From contig JAKFCT010000028.1 in assembly GCA_036676495.1 (NCBI GenBank), positions 96,001 through 160,000 of the forward strand: a stretch of 64,000 nucleotides of DNA, in the 5' to 3' direction. Below are positions 55,446 through 64,000 of this stretch, in pieces; the first letter of the stretch is position 1, and the number at the start of each line of letters is the position of its first letter. A model generated the notes under the pieces. That model had not been told where the DNA came from and searched no databases. It saw only the letters and a program-made list of their open reading frames with translations. Source of the stretch: Candidatus Sericytochromatia bacterium (GTDB lineage: Bacteria; Cyanobacteriota; Sericytochromatia; S15B-MN24; UBA4093). A program made the translations under genes and the position numbers.

Positions 55446-55925
55446 CTAACCCTGGAAGACGGGAAGGCTTCCAGGGTGCCGGTACACCTCCAGGCAGTTG
55501 GTCACGCCTCGTACGCCGCGCACGCCTTGCACGCAACGGATCACGGCGTCCACCTCCCGTGCCAGGATCGGCCCCGCCACGGTCACCATGCCATCCTGCA
55601 CCGTCACCAGGATGTTTCGGGGATGATCACTGCAATGGCCGATCTGCGAGCGAATCCGCTCGATCAAGACCTCGTCGGAGACCGCCTCGTCGCGCAGCGC
55701 CGCCTGAGCCTCGGCGATCCGGCCGCGCATGCGGTTGCGGAGGTGCCGCGAACGGGAAGCCATGCGGCCGCTCACGACCCGCTGCTCCCACGTCGCCCGG
55801 CTCGCCTGGATCCGGGCCACGCGTCGGCGCCGCCGGCCCCGCTCCACCTCTCGAGCGAAGACCATGCCCGCTCCCAAAAGCGCTCCAAGGACAAAGCCAA
55901 CGCCTACGGCGATCCCCCGTCTCAT
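55446..55925 (-). CDS. YtxH-like anchor plus BON domain protein
   Basis: SD AAGGAGG; G.VLGALLGAG TM; VSD..L..RIR...I.V.V.DG.V...G...V.GV.GV.N.L. Confidence 0.8.
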   Translation of the reverse strand: MRRGIAVGVGFVLGALLGAGMVFAREVERGRRRRRVARIQASRATWEQRVVSGRMASRSRHLRNRMRGRIAEAQAALRDEAVSDEVLIERIRSQIGHCSDHPRNILVTVQDGMVTVAGPILAREVDAVIRCVQGVRGVRGVTNCLEVYRHPGSLPVFQG

Positions 55926-56036
55926 CCTTCCTCCTTCGCTCGGCGAGCCGACGCGGCCGAGCAAACCCTCAGCGTCCGACCCGGCATCCCCATGCGGTGC
56001 ATCCGCCCTTCATCAAGACGCCTGATCAGCAGGATA

Positions 56037-57560
56037 TCACATAAAGCTTTGTAAAGGGAGGGGGTTGTAGAGCCGTTGATGCTGATCCCTGAGCAAATTC
56101 TTCTGGATCTTGCCCATGGCGTTGCGAGGCAGCTCGTCCGCGAAGAAGACGCGCTTGGGAACCTTGTAGTTGGCCAGCCGCGCCTTGAGCGCCGCCAGGA
56201 TCTCGGCCTCCTGCAGCGAGCCGTCCGCCTTGACGATCGCCACGCCCACCTCCCCGAAGTCCGGATGCGGCACGCCCACCACGGCGCTCTCCACCACCCC
56301 AGGCAGATCGTCGATCAGGGCCTCGATCTCCTTGGGATAGACGTTGAAGCCTCCCGAGATGATCATGTCCTTGGCCCGTCCCACGATGGAGAGGTAGCCG
56401 CGCGCGTCCAGCCGGCCGACGTCCCCGGTCTTGAAGAAGCCGTCCGACGTGAACTCCGCCGCCGTCTTCTCTGGAAGGCGCCAGTAGCCCGCCATGACGT
56501 TCGGGCCCTTGACCTGGATCTCGCCGACCTCCCCTTGCGGCAAGGCCGCCCCATCCTCGCCGACCACCCGGACCTCGACGCCCGCAAACGGCCTTCCGAC
56601 CGAACCCGGCACGCGCGGGCCCTCGTAGGGGTTCCCCGTGTTCATCCCAGTCTCGGTCATCCCGTAGCGCTCCAGGATGACGTGGCCCGTCCGGGCCTCG
56701 AACTCCCGGTGCGTCTCGGCCAGCAGCGGAGCCGACCCCGAGACGAACAGGCGAATGCGGCGACACGCCTCGCGTCCGAAATCCGCTCCGGCCAGCAGGC
56801 GCGTGTAGTAGGTGGGCACCCCCATGAAGACCGTCGCCTCGGGCAAGAGGGCCATGACCCGCTCTCGCTCGAAGCGAGGCAACCAGAGCATGCGCGCCCC
56901 GGAGAGCAGGGCGCAATGCGAGGCCACGAAGAGGCCGTGCGTATGGAAGATGGGCAAGGCATGCAGCAGGACGTCGTCAGCGGTGAAGCGCCAGGCCTCC
57001 ACCAGGGCGAGCGCATTGGTCGCCAGGTTGCGATGCGTCAGCATGGCACCCTTGGGCTTGCCCGTCGTTCCCGAGGTGTAGAGCATGGCCGCCAGATCGT
57101 GCTCCCGGCACTCCGCGATCCCGGCCGCCGCCGCCGTCTCTGCCTCCCGGCAGAACGACCCCTGCCCCTCCTCGCCGAGGCTGTAGACATGCCTCACGCC
57201 TCGGCGCTGGGCGATCGCGCGGCTCGTCGCCTCGGTTTCCGGGCGGTGAATGAAGGCGGCCGGTTCGGCGTCTCCCAGCAGGAAGTCGACCTCGTCGTCC
57301 TGATAGGCGGCATTCATGGGCATGAAGACGAAGCCCGCACGCAGGCAAGCCAGGTACACCATGAGCGCCTCGGGAGACTTGTCCACCTGGACCGCCACGC
57401 GATCCCCCTGCCGAACCCCGAGCCCGCTCAAGAAACCCGCGTACCGCGACGTGCGATCCAGCACCTGGGCGCCGGTAAGCAGGGGGCCTCCCGGGATCTC
57501 CAGAATCGGCGCGTCGGGAGCCGAGGTGAGGCGATCGTGAATCAGGCGGTAAAGGGACAT
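56037..57560 (-). CDS. matB: Malonyl-CoA synthetase-like acyl-CoA ligase
   Basis: YTSGTTGKPKG, ALPIFHTHGLFV, MGVPTYYTRL, ILERYGMTET and PRNAMGK motifs; SD AGGAGG before ATG 57560. Confidence 0.85.
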   Translation of the reverse strand: MSLYRLIHDRLTSAPDAPILEIPGGPLLTGAQVLDRTSRYAGFLSGLGVRQGDRVAVQVDKSPEALMVYLACLRAGFVFMPMNAAYQDDEVDFLLGDAEPAAFIHRPETEATSRAIAQRRGVRHVYSLGEEGQGSFCREAETAAAAGIAECREHDLAAMLYTSGTTGKPKGAMLTHRNLATNALALVEAWRFTADDVLLHALPIFHTHGLFVASHCALLSGARMLWLPRFERERVMALLPEATVFMGVPTYYTRLLAGADFGREACRRIRLFVSGSAPLLAETHREFEARTGHVILERYGMTETGMNTGNPYEGPRVPGSVGRPFAGVEVRVVGEDGAALPQGEVGEIQVKGPNVMAGYWRLPEKTAAEFTSDGFFKTGDVGRLDARGYLSIVGRAKDMIISGGFNVYPKEIEALIDDLPGVVESAVVGVPHPDFGEVGVAIVKADGSLQEAEILAALKARLANYKVPKRVFFADELPRNAMGKIQKNLLRDQHQRLYNPLPLQSFM

Positions 57561-57814
57561 GCAGCCTCCTTGGGAGCCATCAGCGGCAGCGAGGGACGGG
57601 AGCCATTGTAGCTCCCGCTCGGATCCTCCCGCCATGCCCACGGCCCGCTCCCTGACCTCTCGGCGATAGGACAATTTATCGGTCCTTGTGGATTATTTTT
57701 CGAACTTTCGCAAAACCTCACAGGAAAACCCGTTTCCCGGGAATGAAAAGCTAGGCCCCTGCGCCAATCAGCTCAGGCGAAAACAGGGACGCTCGATGCG
57801 AAGGAGGAAGCGGG

Positions 57815-58522
57815 ATGTCCGTTCCAAGCTACCCGTTTCGCGCGGTACTCTTCGACTTGGACGGAGTGATCGTCGAAACCATCCCCCTGCTCCGGCAGGT
57901 CTGGATGGCGTTCGTCCGTGAGCAGGGCATCACGCCCTCCGAAGATCGGATTCGGAGCTTCTATGGCCGACGGGGAGTGGACATCGTGCGGGAACTCTTC
58001 GGCCTCCCCGGCCCCGAAGCGGAGGACCTGGCCGCAGTCTGCGAAGCGCGCTACCAAGAGCAGTTGACGGAAGCGGTCCTTCCGACCGTTCCGGGAATCC
58101 AGCCCTACCTCGATGCCCTCGGCGCGCTCGGGGTCAGGCGCATCCTGACCACCAGCGCCACGGAAGCGGTGGCTCAGGTGGTCTTGCGGCGCGTTGGCTT
58201 GGAGGAGTGCTTCGACGGCATGGTGACCGCCGATCTCGTCCGCCGCGGCAAGCCCCATCCAGAGCCTTACCTGGCGGCCGCCATGCTGGCCGGAGCCCCT
58301 CCCGGTGATTGCCTGGTGGTCGAGGATGCCGTCGCCGGAGTCCGCGCCGCCACGGCGGCCGGATCGCCTTGCCTCGGGATCGCCAGCAGCGAGCCGCCCG
58401 AGACCCTGCTGGCGCACGGGGCACGGTGGTGCGTCCCGAATTTCGAGCAGCTTCCCGAAGCCTTGCGCGTTCCCGGCATGACGTCCGGGGACGCGAAAGT
58501 CGAAGGGTCTTCCTCACGATAA
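57815..58522 (+). CDS. HAD-family phosphatase (beta-PGM/YqaB-like)
   Basis: FDLDGV, GKPHPEPY and VEDAVAG motifs. Confidence 0.9.
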   Translation: MSVPSYPFRAVLFDLDGVIVETIPLLRQVWMAFVREQGITPSEDRIRSFYGRRGVDIVRELFGLPGPEAEDLAAVCEARYQEQLTEAVLPTVPGIQPYLDALGALGVRRILTTSATEAVAQVVLRRVGLEECFDGMVTADLVRRGKPHPEPYLAAAMLAGAPPGDCLVVEDAVAGVRAATAAGSPCLGIASSEPPETLLAHGARWCVPNFEQLPEALRVPGMTSGDAKVEGSSSR

Positions 58523-58614
58523 TCGGATGAGCGGGCCGCGCGGCCCCGCGCGAGGTTTTCCGCGCACCGTTGCCGGAAAACCATGCCCGCTTGCATGTGA
58601 CGAGGAAGGCCCCG

Positions 58615-59676
58615 ATGGATCTCTCGAGCATCCCGCCCCAATCGAAGCCCCCGATCCAGGTGGAAGTTCGCGTGGCGGACGAACTGGCGTACCGCGTGGA
58701 GAATCCCCCCGTCTCCCAGCAGGAGCGGGACCAGGCCGAGTCGAAGCGCCAGAGCAAGCGTGCCGACATCGCCCCGGGGCAGATGCTGGCGCGAAAGTCC
58801 GACGGAGGCAAGCGCGGCATCCGGCAACTCCGCCAGGAATCCGCCGCCGAGACGAATCAGCCCTTCACCGGCCTCCAGAAAGCCGGTAAGGTCTGGCAAA
58901 CCCCGGCGATCCGCAACCCCGACGATCCCCAGGGCAAGTTCGACCCTTACGCCTACCTGCCTCACATGGTCTTCGCGGCCAATGAGGACTCCTTCCCGAT
59001 CCTGCCGGACTTCGACCGGGACGGCAAGACCAAGACGGATGCCGCGGCCTATCGCCACGGGATCATCGGGGGCAAGCAACCCCTTCACGGCAGCGTCTCC
59101 GTCGCCCAGAAGGGCGAGTTCACCGTCCTCACCTACAGCCACTACTACGTGGACAACAAGTTCACGAATTACCACGCGACCGATTCGAGCACCATGGCCG
59201 TCTACCTCAAACCCGGCAAGAACGGCAAGCTCGAGCCCGCGTACCTCTACACCTCCTGGCATTACGGGGCGACCATGACTCCCTGGGCGGATCTATCGAA
59301 GGACGAGCAAGGACGGCCCGTCGTCCTCGTCGAACGAAGCAGCCATGCGCTTCACCCCTACGGAAAAGACGAGGCGATCCCCAGGTCGGGGCTCCACATC
59401 TCCGGGGACGGCTCGGCCTCCTTGGATGGCAAAGCCCTCTCCAACCGGATGGAATGGGTGAGTCCGCAAGACTCCTTCACGCACGCCACGGTGCTGGATC
59501 TTGCGACGCCGCGCGACCAGGACCTGATGATGTTCTTTTACGAGCGCTACCCCGAGCGGACCGATCCCATCCACCCCGTCCTCTTCGGCCAGGTCTATCC
59601 CGCCAAGGAGTCGCTCTCGCCCGTATCGAAGCTTCTCGACAGGGCGAAGGCGCTTCTCACCCAGCTCTTTTCTTGA
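58615..59676 (+). CDS. Hypothetical protein with NPP1/Vps62-like domain
   Basis: Disordered N-terminus; LTYSHYYVDN..NYHATD, YLYTSWHYG and PVVLVERSSHAL motifs. Confidence 0.7.
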   Translation: MDLSSIPPQSKPPIQVEVRVADELAYRVENPPVSQQERDQAESKRQSKRADIAPGQMLARKSDGGKRGIRQLRQESAAETNQPFTGLQKAGKVWQTPAIRNPDDPQGKFDPYAYLPHMVFAANEDSFPILPDFDRDGKTKTDAAAYRHGIIGGKQPLHGSVSVAQKGEFTVLTYSHYYVDNKFTNYHATDSSTMAVYLKPGKNGKLEPAYLYTSWHYGATMTPWADLSKDEQGRPVVLVERSSHALHPYGKDEAIPRSGLHISGDGSASLDGKALSNRMEWVSPQDSFTHATVLDLATPRDQDLMMFFYERYPERTDPIHPVLFGQVYPAKESLSPVSKLLDRAKALLTQLFS

Positions 59677-59680
59677 AGGA

Positions 59681-59710
59681 AATCGCCGGCCCCCTCGGGG
59701 GCCGGCGATT
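59681..59710. terminator. Hairpin terminator
   Basis: AATCGCCGGCCCCC-TC-GGGGGCCGGCGATT. Confidence 0.7.
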
Positions 59711-59714
59711 CGTC

Positions 59715-59821
59715 TTAGCGCCCGCGGCTGTTGCGTAAGGCAGCGAGCGTTTGCCGTGAAAGGCATGAACAGGGCCTTAAAGTCAAAGCTCGCTGACCTG
59801 TAGCAACGTTTTTCGCTCTAG
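59715..59821 (+). repeat. Dispersed 107-bp palindromic element, copy B
   Basis: TTAG...CTAG bounded; ungapped 89/107 match to the reverse complement of 13015-13121; overlaps the PII-like stop codon. Confidence 0.9.
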
Positions 59822-60096
59822 AAGTGTCGGTAGCCTTCCAGGCTTTGCCAGAAGACCACTCCGTCCTCGGGATGACCGGTCGTCAGGATCGACTCCAGCA
59901 GGTCGAGCACGGGATCGAGCTGCGCGTCGGGGAGGATCAGCTCCACCCGGCAGCGCTCGATCAGCCCGAGGGGGCCGGACTCCCTGCCGAAGCCCTCGAC
60001 CCGGCTGAGGCTCAGCCCCGGAACCGGGTGATCCGCCAGGGCGCGAACCACCTTCTCCCGGCGCGAAACCGGAAAGATCACCGTCACCAACTTCAT
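59818..60096 (-). CDS. PII-like protein with shortened T-loop
   Basis: MKLVTVI, V..AL, GLSLSRVEGFGR, VELI and TGHPEDG.VF motifs; overlaps czcA stop. Confidence 0.85.
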   Translation of the reverse strand: MKLVTVIFPVSRREKVVRALADHPVPGLSLSRVEGFGRESGPLGLIERCRVELILPDAQLDPVLDLLESILTTGHPEDGVVFWQSLEGYRHF

Positions 60097-63000
60097 ACCA
60101 GGACCTCCTCAGGCTGGGCGATCGCCGGCTTCTGGCGGCGGCCCAGGGCGCGATATAGAACCGGCAGCAGGAAGAGCGTCAGCGCGGTCGACGAGAACAA
60201 CCCGCCGATGACGACCCACGCCAGCGGCCGTTGGATCTCGGAGCCGATGCCCGTCGAGAGCGCCAGCGGCATGAGGCCCAGGCTGGCCACCATCGCCGTC
60301 ATCAGGACGGGACGCAGACGGATGAGACAGCCTTCCCGGACCGCCAGGTCGATGGGCATCCCTTCGGCCACCAGCTTGTTGAGCGTGCTGACCAGGATGA
60401 CGCCGTTCTGCACTGCGACCCCGAAGAGGGCGATGAAGCCGACCGAGGCGCTTACGCTCAGGTGCTGACCCGAGAGGAACAGGGCCGCGATGCCGCCGAT
60501 CAGGGCGAACGGGATGTTCAGGATGATCAGCGCCGCATGGGGCACCGACCCGAAGGTCCCGAAGAGCAGCAGGAAGATCAGGCCGATGACCACCGGGACC
60601 ACCACGGAGAGGGTTCCCATGGCTCGCTGCTGGCTCTCGAACTGGCCGCCCCAGGTGGTCCAGTAGCCGGCGGGAAGCTCGATCTCCGCGTCGATGCGCT
60701 TGCGCGCGTCCGCCACGAAGGAGCCGATGTCCCGGCCGTGCACGTTGGACTCGATGACGATCCGGCGCTGGCCGTTCTCGCGGCTCACGACCGCCGGCCC
60801 GCTCTCCACGGCGATCCGGGCCACCTGGGACAGGGGAACCTGGTAGCCCGAGGGAGTCGGGACCCGAACCGCCCCGATCTTGAGGGGATCGTCCCGGTAG
60901 GTCGCGGGAAGGCGGACGGCCACGCCGATGCGGCGCTGGCCCTCCTGGATATGGGTGACCACCTGGCCGCCGATGGCCGCCCCGATGACCTCGCCGAGAT
61001 CATCCGAGGAGAGGCCGTAGCGCGCCATGGCCGCCCGGTCGTACGCGACCTGGACCATCGCGAGGCCGGCGGATTGCTCGGCCTTCACGTCGATCGCCCC
61101 GGGGATCTCCTGGAGGATGGCCTGAGCGGCGGCGGCCTTCTCGGCCAGCACGTCCAGGTCGTCTCCGAAGATCTTGAGCGCCACCTGGCTCTTCACGCCG
61201 GAGATCAGCTCGTCCACGCGGACGGCGATGGGCTCGCCGAACGCCAGGCCGATGCCCGGCACGTGGCTGGTCGCCTCCTCCATCTTCTCCACGAGCTCGT
61301 CCTTGGTCTTGGCCGTGGTCCATTGCTCATGCGGCTTGAGCTTGATGAAGATGTCCGACATGCTCACGTCCATGGGGTCGGAGGCCACCTCGGCGCGGCC
61401 CGTCCGGGAGACGACCGACACGACCTCCGGGAACCCCAGCAGGATTTTCTCGACCGCGTTGGCCTGCTCGTTGGCTTTTTCAAGCGAAACGCTCGCGAGG
61501 CGCGAGGCCGAGATGACGATCGACCCCTCATCCATCTTGGGAAGGAACTCGGAGCCCAGGCGCGGCACCAGTGCCAGCGCGGCGACCAGGGCCACGACGG
61601 CGCCGGCGAAGATCGCCTTGCCATGGTCGAGCGACCAGTTCAGGGCCCGGGAATACCCCCGGCGAAGCAGGACCAGCAGCGGATTCTCTTTCTCGACCAG
61701 CTGGCCCTTGAGCCAGAAGGACGACAAGACCGGCACCAGGGTCAGCGCCAGGACCAGCGAGCCCAGCATGGCGAAGGAGATGGTGAAGGCCATCGGGCTG
61801 AACATCTTCCCTTCCATGCCCTGAAGGGTGAAGAGGGGAAGGAAGACCACGATGATGATGGCGATCGCGAAGACCACCGGACGGCCCACTTCCGTCGCCG
61901 CATGGAAGATCGTCTGGAGGGTGGGATGCTTTCCGTGATCCTCGGAGAGGTGGCGGAAGATGTTCTCGACCATGACGATGCTGGCGTCCACCATCATGCC
62001 CAGGCCGATCGCCAGGCCTCCGAGGCTCATGAGGTTGCCCGGCAGGTTGAAGAGCTTCATCATCCCGAAGGCGAAGAGCATCGCCAGGGGGATGGTCAGC
62101 GCCACGATGAGGCTGGAGCGCAGGTTCCAGAGGAAGAAGAGCAGCACCGCGACGACCAGGACGCCGCCCTCGATCAGGGATTTCTCGACGGAGCCCACGG
62201 CCTTCGAGATGAGCTCGTTCTGGTCGTAGAAGGGCACGAGCTTGACGCCGTCGGGAAGGGCCTTGCCGGCTTCCGCCATGCGGTCCTTGACCCGGTCGAT
62301 GACCTCGCGGGTGTTCTCGCCCTTGAGCTTCATGACGATGCCGATCACGGTCTCGGTGCCGTTGCGGGTGGCCGCGCCCTGGCGCGGAGCTGCTCCCATG
62401 ACGACCTGGGCCACGTCCCGGAGATAGATGGGCTTGCCTTGCCGCATGGCGACGACGCTGGCCTCCAGCTCCTCGGGAGTCGCGGCGAGCCCCAGGCCGC
62501 GGATCAGGTACTGTTCGTCCCCGTGATTCAGGTAGTTGCCGGCCGCGTTCGCATTGCTGCGGGCGACGGCCGTCATCACGTCATGCAGGGTCAAGCTGTA
62601 GGCCGTGAGACGATCCGGAAGCACCTCGACCTGAAGCTGCTTGAGCTCTCCGCCCAGGCTGTTGACCTCGGTGACACCGGGGACCGAGCGCAGGAAAGGA
62701 CGGACGATCCAGTCCTGGAGGCTCCGACGCTCGGCAAGCGAAAGGGGCCCCTCGACGGTGTACTGGAAGATCTCGCCCATGCCCGTGGCGATGGGCCCCA
62801 TCGCGGGCTTCACGCCCTCGGGCATCTCGCTCGCGACGTTCGAGAGGCGCTCGCCGACCAGTTGACGGGCGAGATAGATGCTCACGTCGTCGTGGAAGAC
62901 CACCGTGATGACCGAGAGGCCGAACTTGGAGCTGGAGCGGACTTCTTGCACTTTCGGCAGGCCGCTCATCTCCATCTCGATGGGGTAGGTCACCAGACGC

Positions 63001-63185
63001 TCGACCTCCACCGGGGCCATGCCGTCGGCTTCGGTGAGCACCTGGACCTGGACGTTGGTGACGTCCGGCAGGGCGTCGATGGGTAGCGAGGTGAAGGCCC
63101 AGGCTCCCCAGCCGCCGATGAGCAGGCTGAGAACGATGACCAGGAGGCGTTGCGACAGCCCGAAGCGTAGAAGCTTGTCGATCAT
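60093..63185 (-). CDS. czcA: CzcA/CusA-family heavy-metal RND efflux transporter
   Basis: LPIDALPDVTNVQVQ, GPIATGMGEI, MVDASIVMVEN, GFIALFGVAVQNG and RLRPVLMTA motifs. Confidence 0.93.
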   Translation of the reverse strand: MIDKLLRFGLSQRLLVIVLSLLIGGWGAWAFTSLPIDALPDVTNVQVQVLTEADGMAPVEVERLVTYPIEMEMSGLPKVQEVRSSSKFGLSVITVVFHDDVSIYLARQLVGERLSNVASEMPEGVKPAMGPIATGMGEIFQYTVEGPLSLAERRSLQDWIVRPFLRSVPGVTEVNSLGGELKQLQVEVLPDRLTAYSLTLHDVMTAVARSNANAAGNYLNHGDEQYLIRGLGLAATPEELEASVVAMRQGKPIYLRDVAQVVMGAAPRQGAATRNGTETVIGIVMKLKGENTREVIDRVKDRMAEAGKALPDGVKLVPFYDQNELISKAVGSVEKSLIEGGVLVVAVLLFFLWNLRSSLIVALTIPLAMLFAFGMMKLFNLPGNLMSLGGLAIGLGMMVDASIVMVENIFRHLSEDHGKHPTLQTIFHAATEVGRPVVFAIAIIIVVFLPLFTLQGMEGKMFSPMAFTISFAMLGSLVLALTLVPVLSSFWLKGQLVEKENPLLVLLRRGYSRALNWSLDHGKAIFAGAVVALVAALALVPRLGSEFLPKMDEGSIVISASRLASVSLEKANEQANAVEKILLGFPEVVSVVSRTGRAEVASDPMDVSMSDIFIKLKPHEQWTTAKTKDELVEKMEEATSHVPGIGLAFGEPIAVRVDELISGVKSQVALKIFGDDLDVLAEKAAAAQAILQEIPGAIDVKAEQSAGLAMVQVAYDRAAMARYGLSSDDLGEVIGAAIGGQVVTHIQEGQRRIGVAVRLPATYRDDPLKIGAVRVPTPSGYQVPLSQVARIAVESGPAVVSRENGQRRIVIESNVHGRDIGSFVADARKRIDAEIELPAGYWTTWGGQFESQQRAMGTLSVVVPVVIGLIFLLLFGTFGSVPHAALIILNIPFALIGGIAALFLSGQHLSVSASVGFIALFGVAVQNGVILVSTLNKLVAEGMPIDLAVREGCLIRLRPVLMTAMVASLGLMPLALSTGIGSEIQRPLAWVVIGGLFSSTALTLFLLPVLYRALGRRQKPAIAQPEEVLV

Positions 63186-63186
63186 G

Positions 63187-64000
63187 CTACTCGCCTCCGA
63201 ACTGGGCCTTACGGGCCTGCGAGCGCAGGTCGAAGCTGCCCTGGGTCACGATGGGCGTCCCCGGCTGGGGACCGGCGAGCAGCTCGACGAATTCGGAGTT
63301 GCTCTCGCCCGAGCGCACGACGACTTCCTCGTACTGGCCCTGCTCCCGGGGCACGTAGATGAAGGCCCGGTCTCCCTCGCGCTGGAGGGCGGCCGTGGGA
63401 ACCGTGGCGACGCCGGGGCGGCTGAGCCCCAGGGAGACCGTCACGGACATGCCGGGCCGGAACTTCCCGTCCGGATTGGGAAGGTCGATCAGGACCTGCC
63501 CCGTGCGGCTGGAAGCCTCGACGGTGGGCGAGAAGCCGACGACCTTGCCCGTGAACGGACGCCCGGGAAGGGCCGACAGCGTGACCTTGGCCACCACGCC
63601 CCGGGTGAGGGCGAGGAAATCCCGCTCGGGGAGATTGGCCTGGACCCGCACGAGACGCAAGTCGAGCAGCTCGAACAGGGGCTCTGTCGAATCCGGAAGG
63701 ACGTACTGGCCGACCGCCGCGTGACGCTCGACGATGGTGCCGGCCATGGGAGCGCGAAGCACGACCTTGGGGTCGATGCGCTTGAGGGAAGCAATCTCGC
63801 CGTCCTCAAGGCCCAGAACCCTCAGCTCCTCCTTGGCCTGAGCCAGCGAGAGCTGGGCCGCCGCGTCGCGCTGCTCGGCCGTATCGAGCTCCTGCTTGGA
63901 GCCGAGATCGGCATCCAGCAGGCCGCGCTGGCGGTTGCGCTCGCGGCGGGCGAGATCGGCCTCGCCCTTGGCTTTCAGGTAAGCCGATTGGGCCGAGCCC
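63187..64000 (-). CDS. czcB: CzcB-like RND periplasmic adaptor (5'-truncated by window edge)
   Basis: Frame open to window end; alpha-hairpin then LRAPMAGTIVER, LPNPDGKFRPGM, VPTAALQ and IVTQGSF. Confidence 0.88.
   Translation of the reverse strand, partial: GSAQSAYLKAKGEADLARRERNRQRGLLDADLGSKQELDTAEQRDAAAQLSLAQAKEELRVLGLEDGEIASLKRIDPKVVLRAPMAGTIVERHAAVGQYVLPDSTEPLFELLDLRLVRVQANLPERDFLALTRGVVAKVTLSALPGRPFTGKVVGFSPTVEASSRTGQVLIDLPNPDGKFRPGMSVTVSLGLSRPGVATVPTAALQREGDRAFIYVPREQGQYEEVVVRSGESNSEFVELLAGPQPGTPIVTQGSFDLRSQARKAQFGGE

Noticed and set aside
13015-59821. CRISPR interpretation of conserved arms around a 38-nt variable centre
   Set aside because: The arms are inverted rather than direct repeats, the copies are dispersed, the A and B centres are homologous, and no cas genes are present
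17879-63086. Many long antisense or alternative-frame ORFs (e.g. 17879-19726 -, 27049-29685 -, 48521-50449 -, 56076-57611 +, 60231-63086 +)
   Set aside because: They shadow well-supported genes, show no motifs, and are expected from stop-codon scarcity at high GC
1-64000. tRNA, rRNA, transposase, prophage or defence genes
   Set aside because: No cloverleaf/T-loop signature, rRNA-like tract or DDE/integrase/phage motif was recognised by eye

Overview
A GC-rich (roughly two-thirds G+C by eye), gene-dense bacterial chromosomal segment with about 60 credible CDSs. I found no rRNA, tRNA, CRISPR array, transposase or integrase. It opens with a mevalonate-pathway operon (class II HMG-CoA reductase, mevalonate kinase, type 2 IPP isomerase, diphosphomevalonate decarboxylase, phosphomevalonate kinase) and a MocR regulator. 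A metal-homeostasis region follows (7.7-16.8 kb): outer-membrane barrel, ZnuA-like protein, two uncharacterised Cys/His lipoproteins, ZnuC/B, a Fur/Zur regulator, a 22-His mini-protein and a ZIP transporter. Two of its promoters share an operator-like motif. Further on are a leucine/HMG-CoA catabolic cluster, a tandem pair of paralogues with an unrecognised aromatic/Pro-rich domain, tldD-pmbA-pepA, signalling, transport and housekeeping genes, two effector-like orphans, and the 3' part of a czcBA-type RND efflux operon with a PII-like gene. The strongest non-coding signal is a dispersed ~107-bp palindromic element seen four times (13015-13121, 15392-15492, 53010-53067, 59715-59821). It has conserved arms, compensatory base changes, a constant-length variable centre and YTAG ends, and three copies abut metal-homeostasis genes. 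A separate 121-nt minus-strand structured RNA candidate lies at 46059-46179. A diderm envelope and many Pro/Ser-linker lipoproteins are compatible with a non-photosynthetic cyanobacterial sister lineage such as Sericytochromatia; this is inference only. All family calls come from motif recognition, not database searches.
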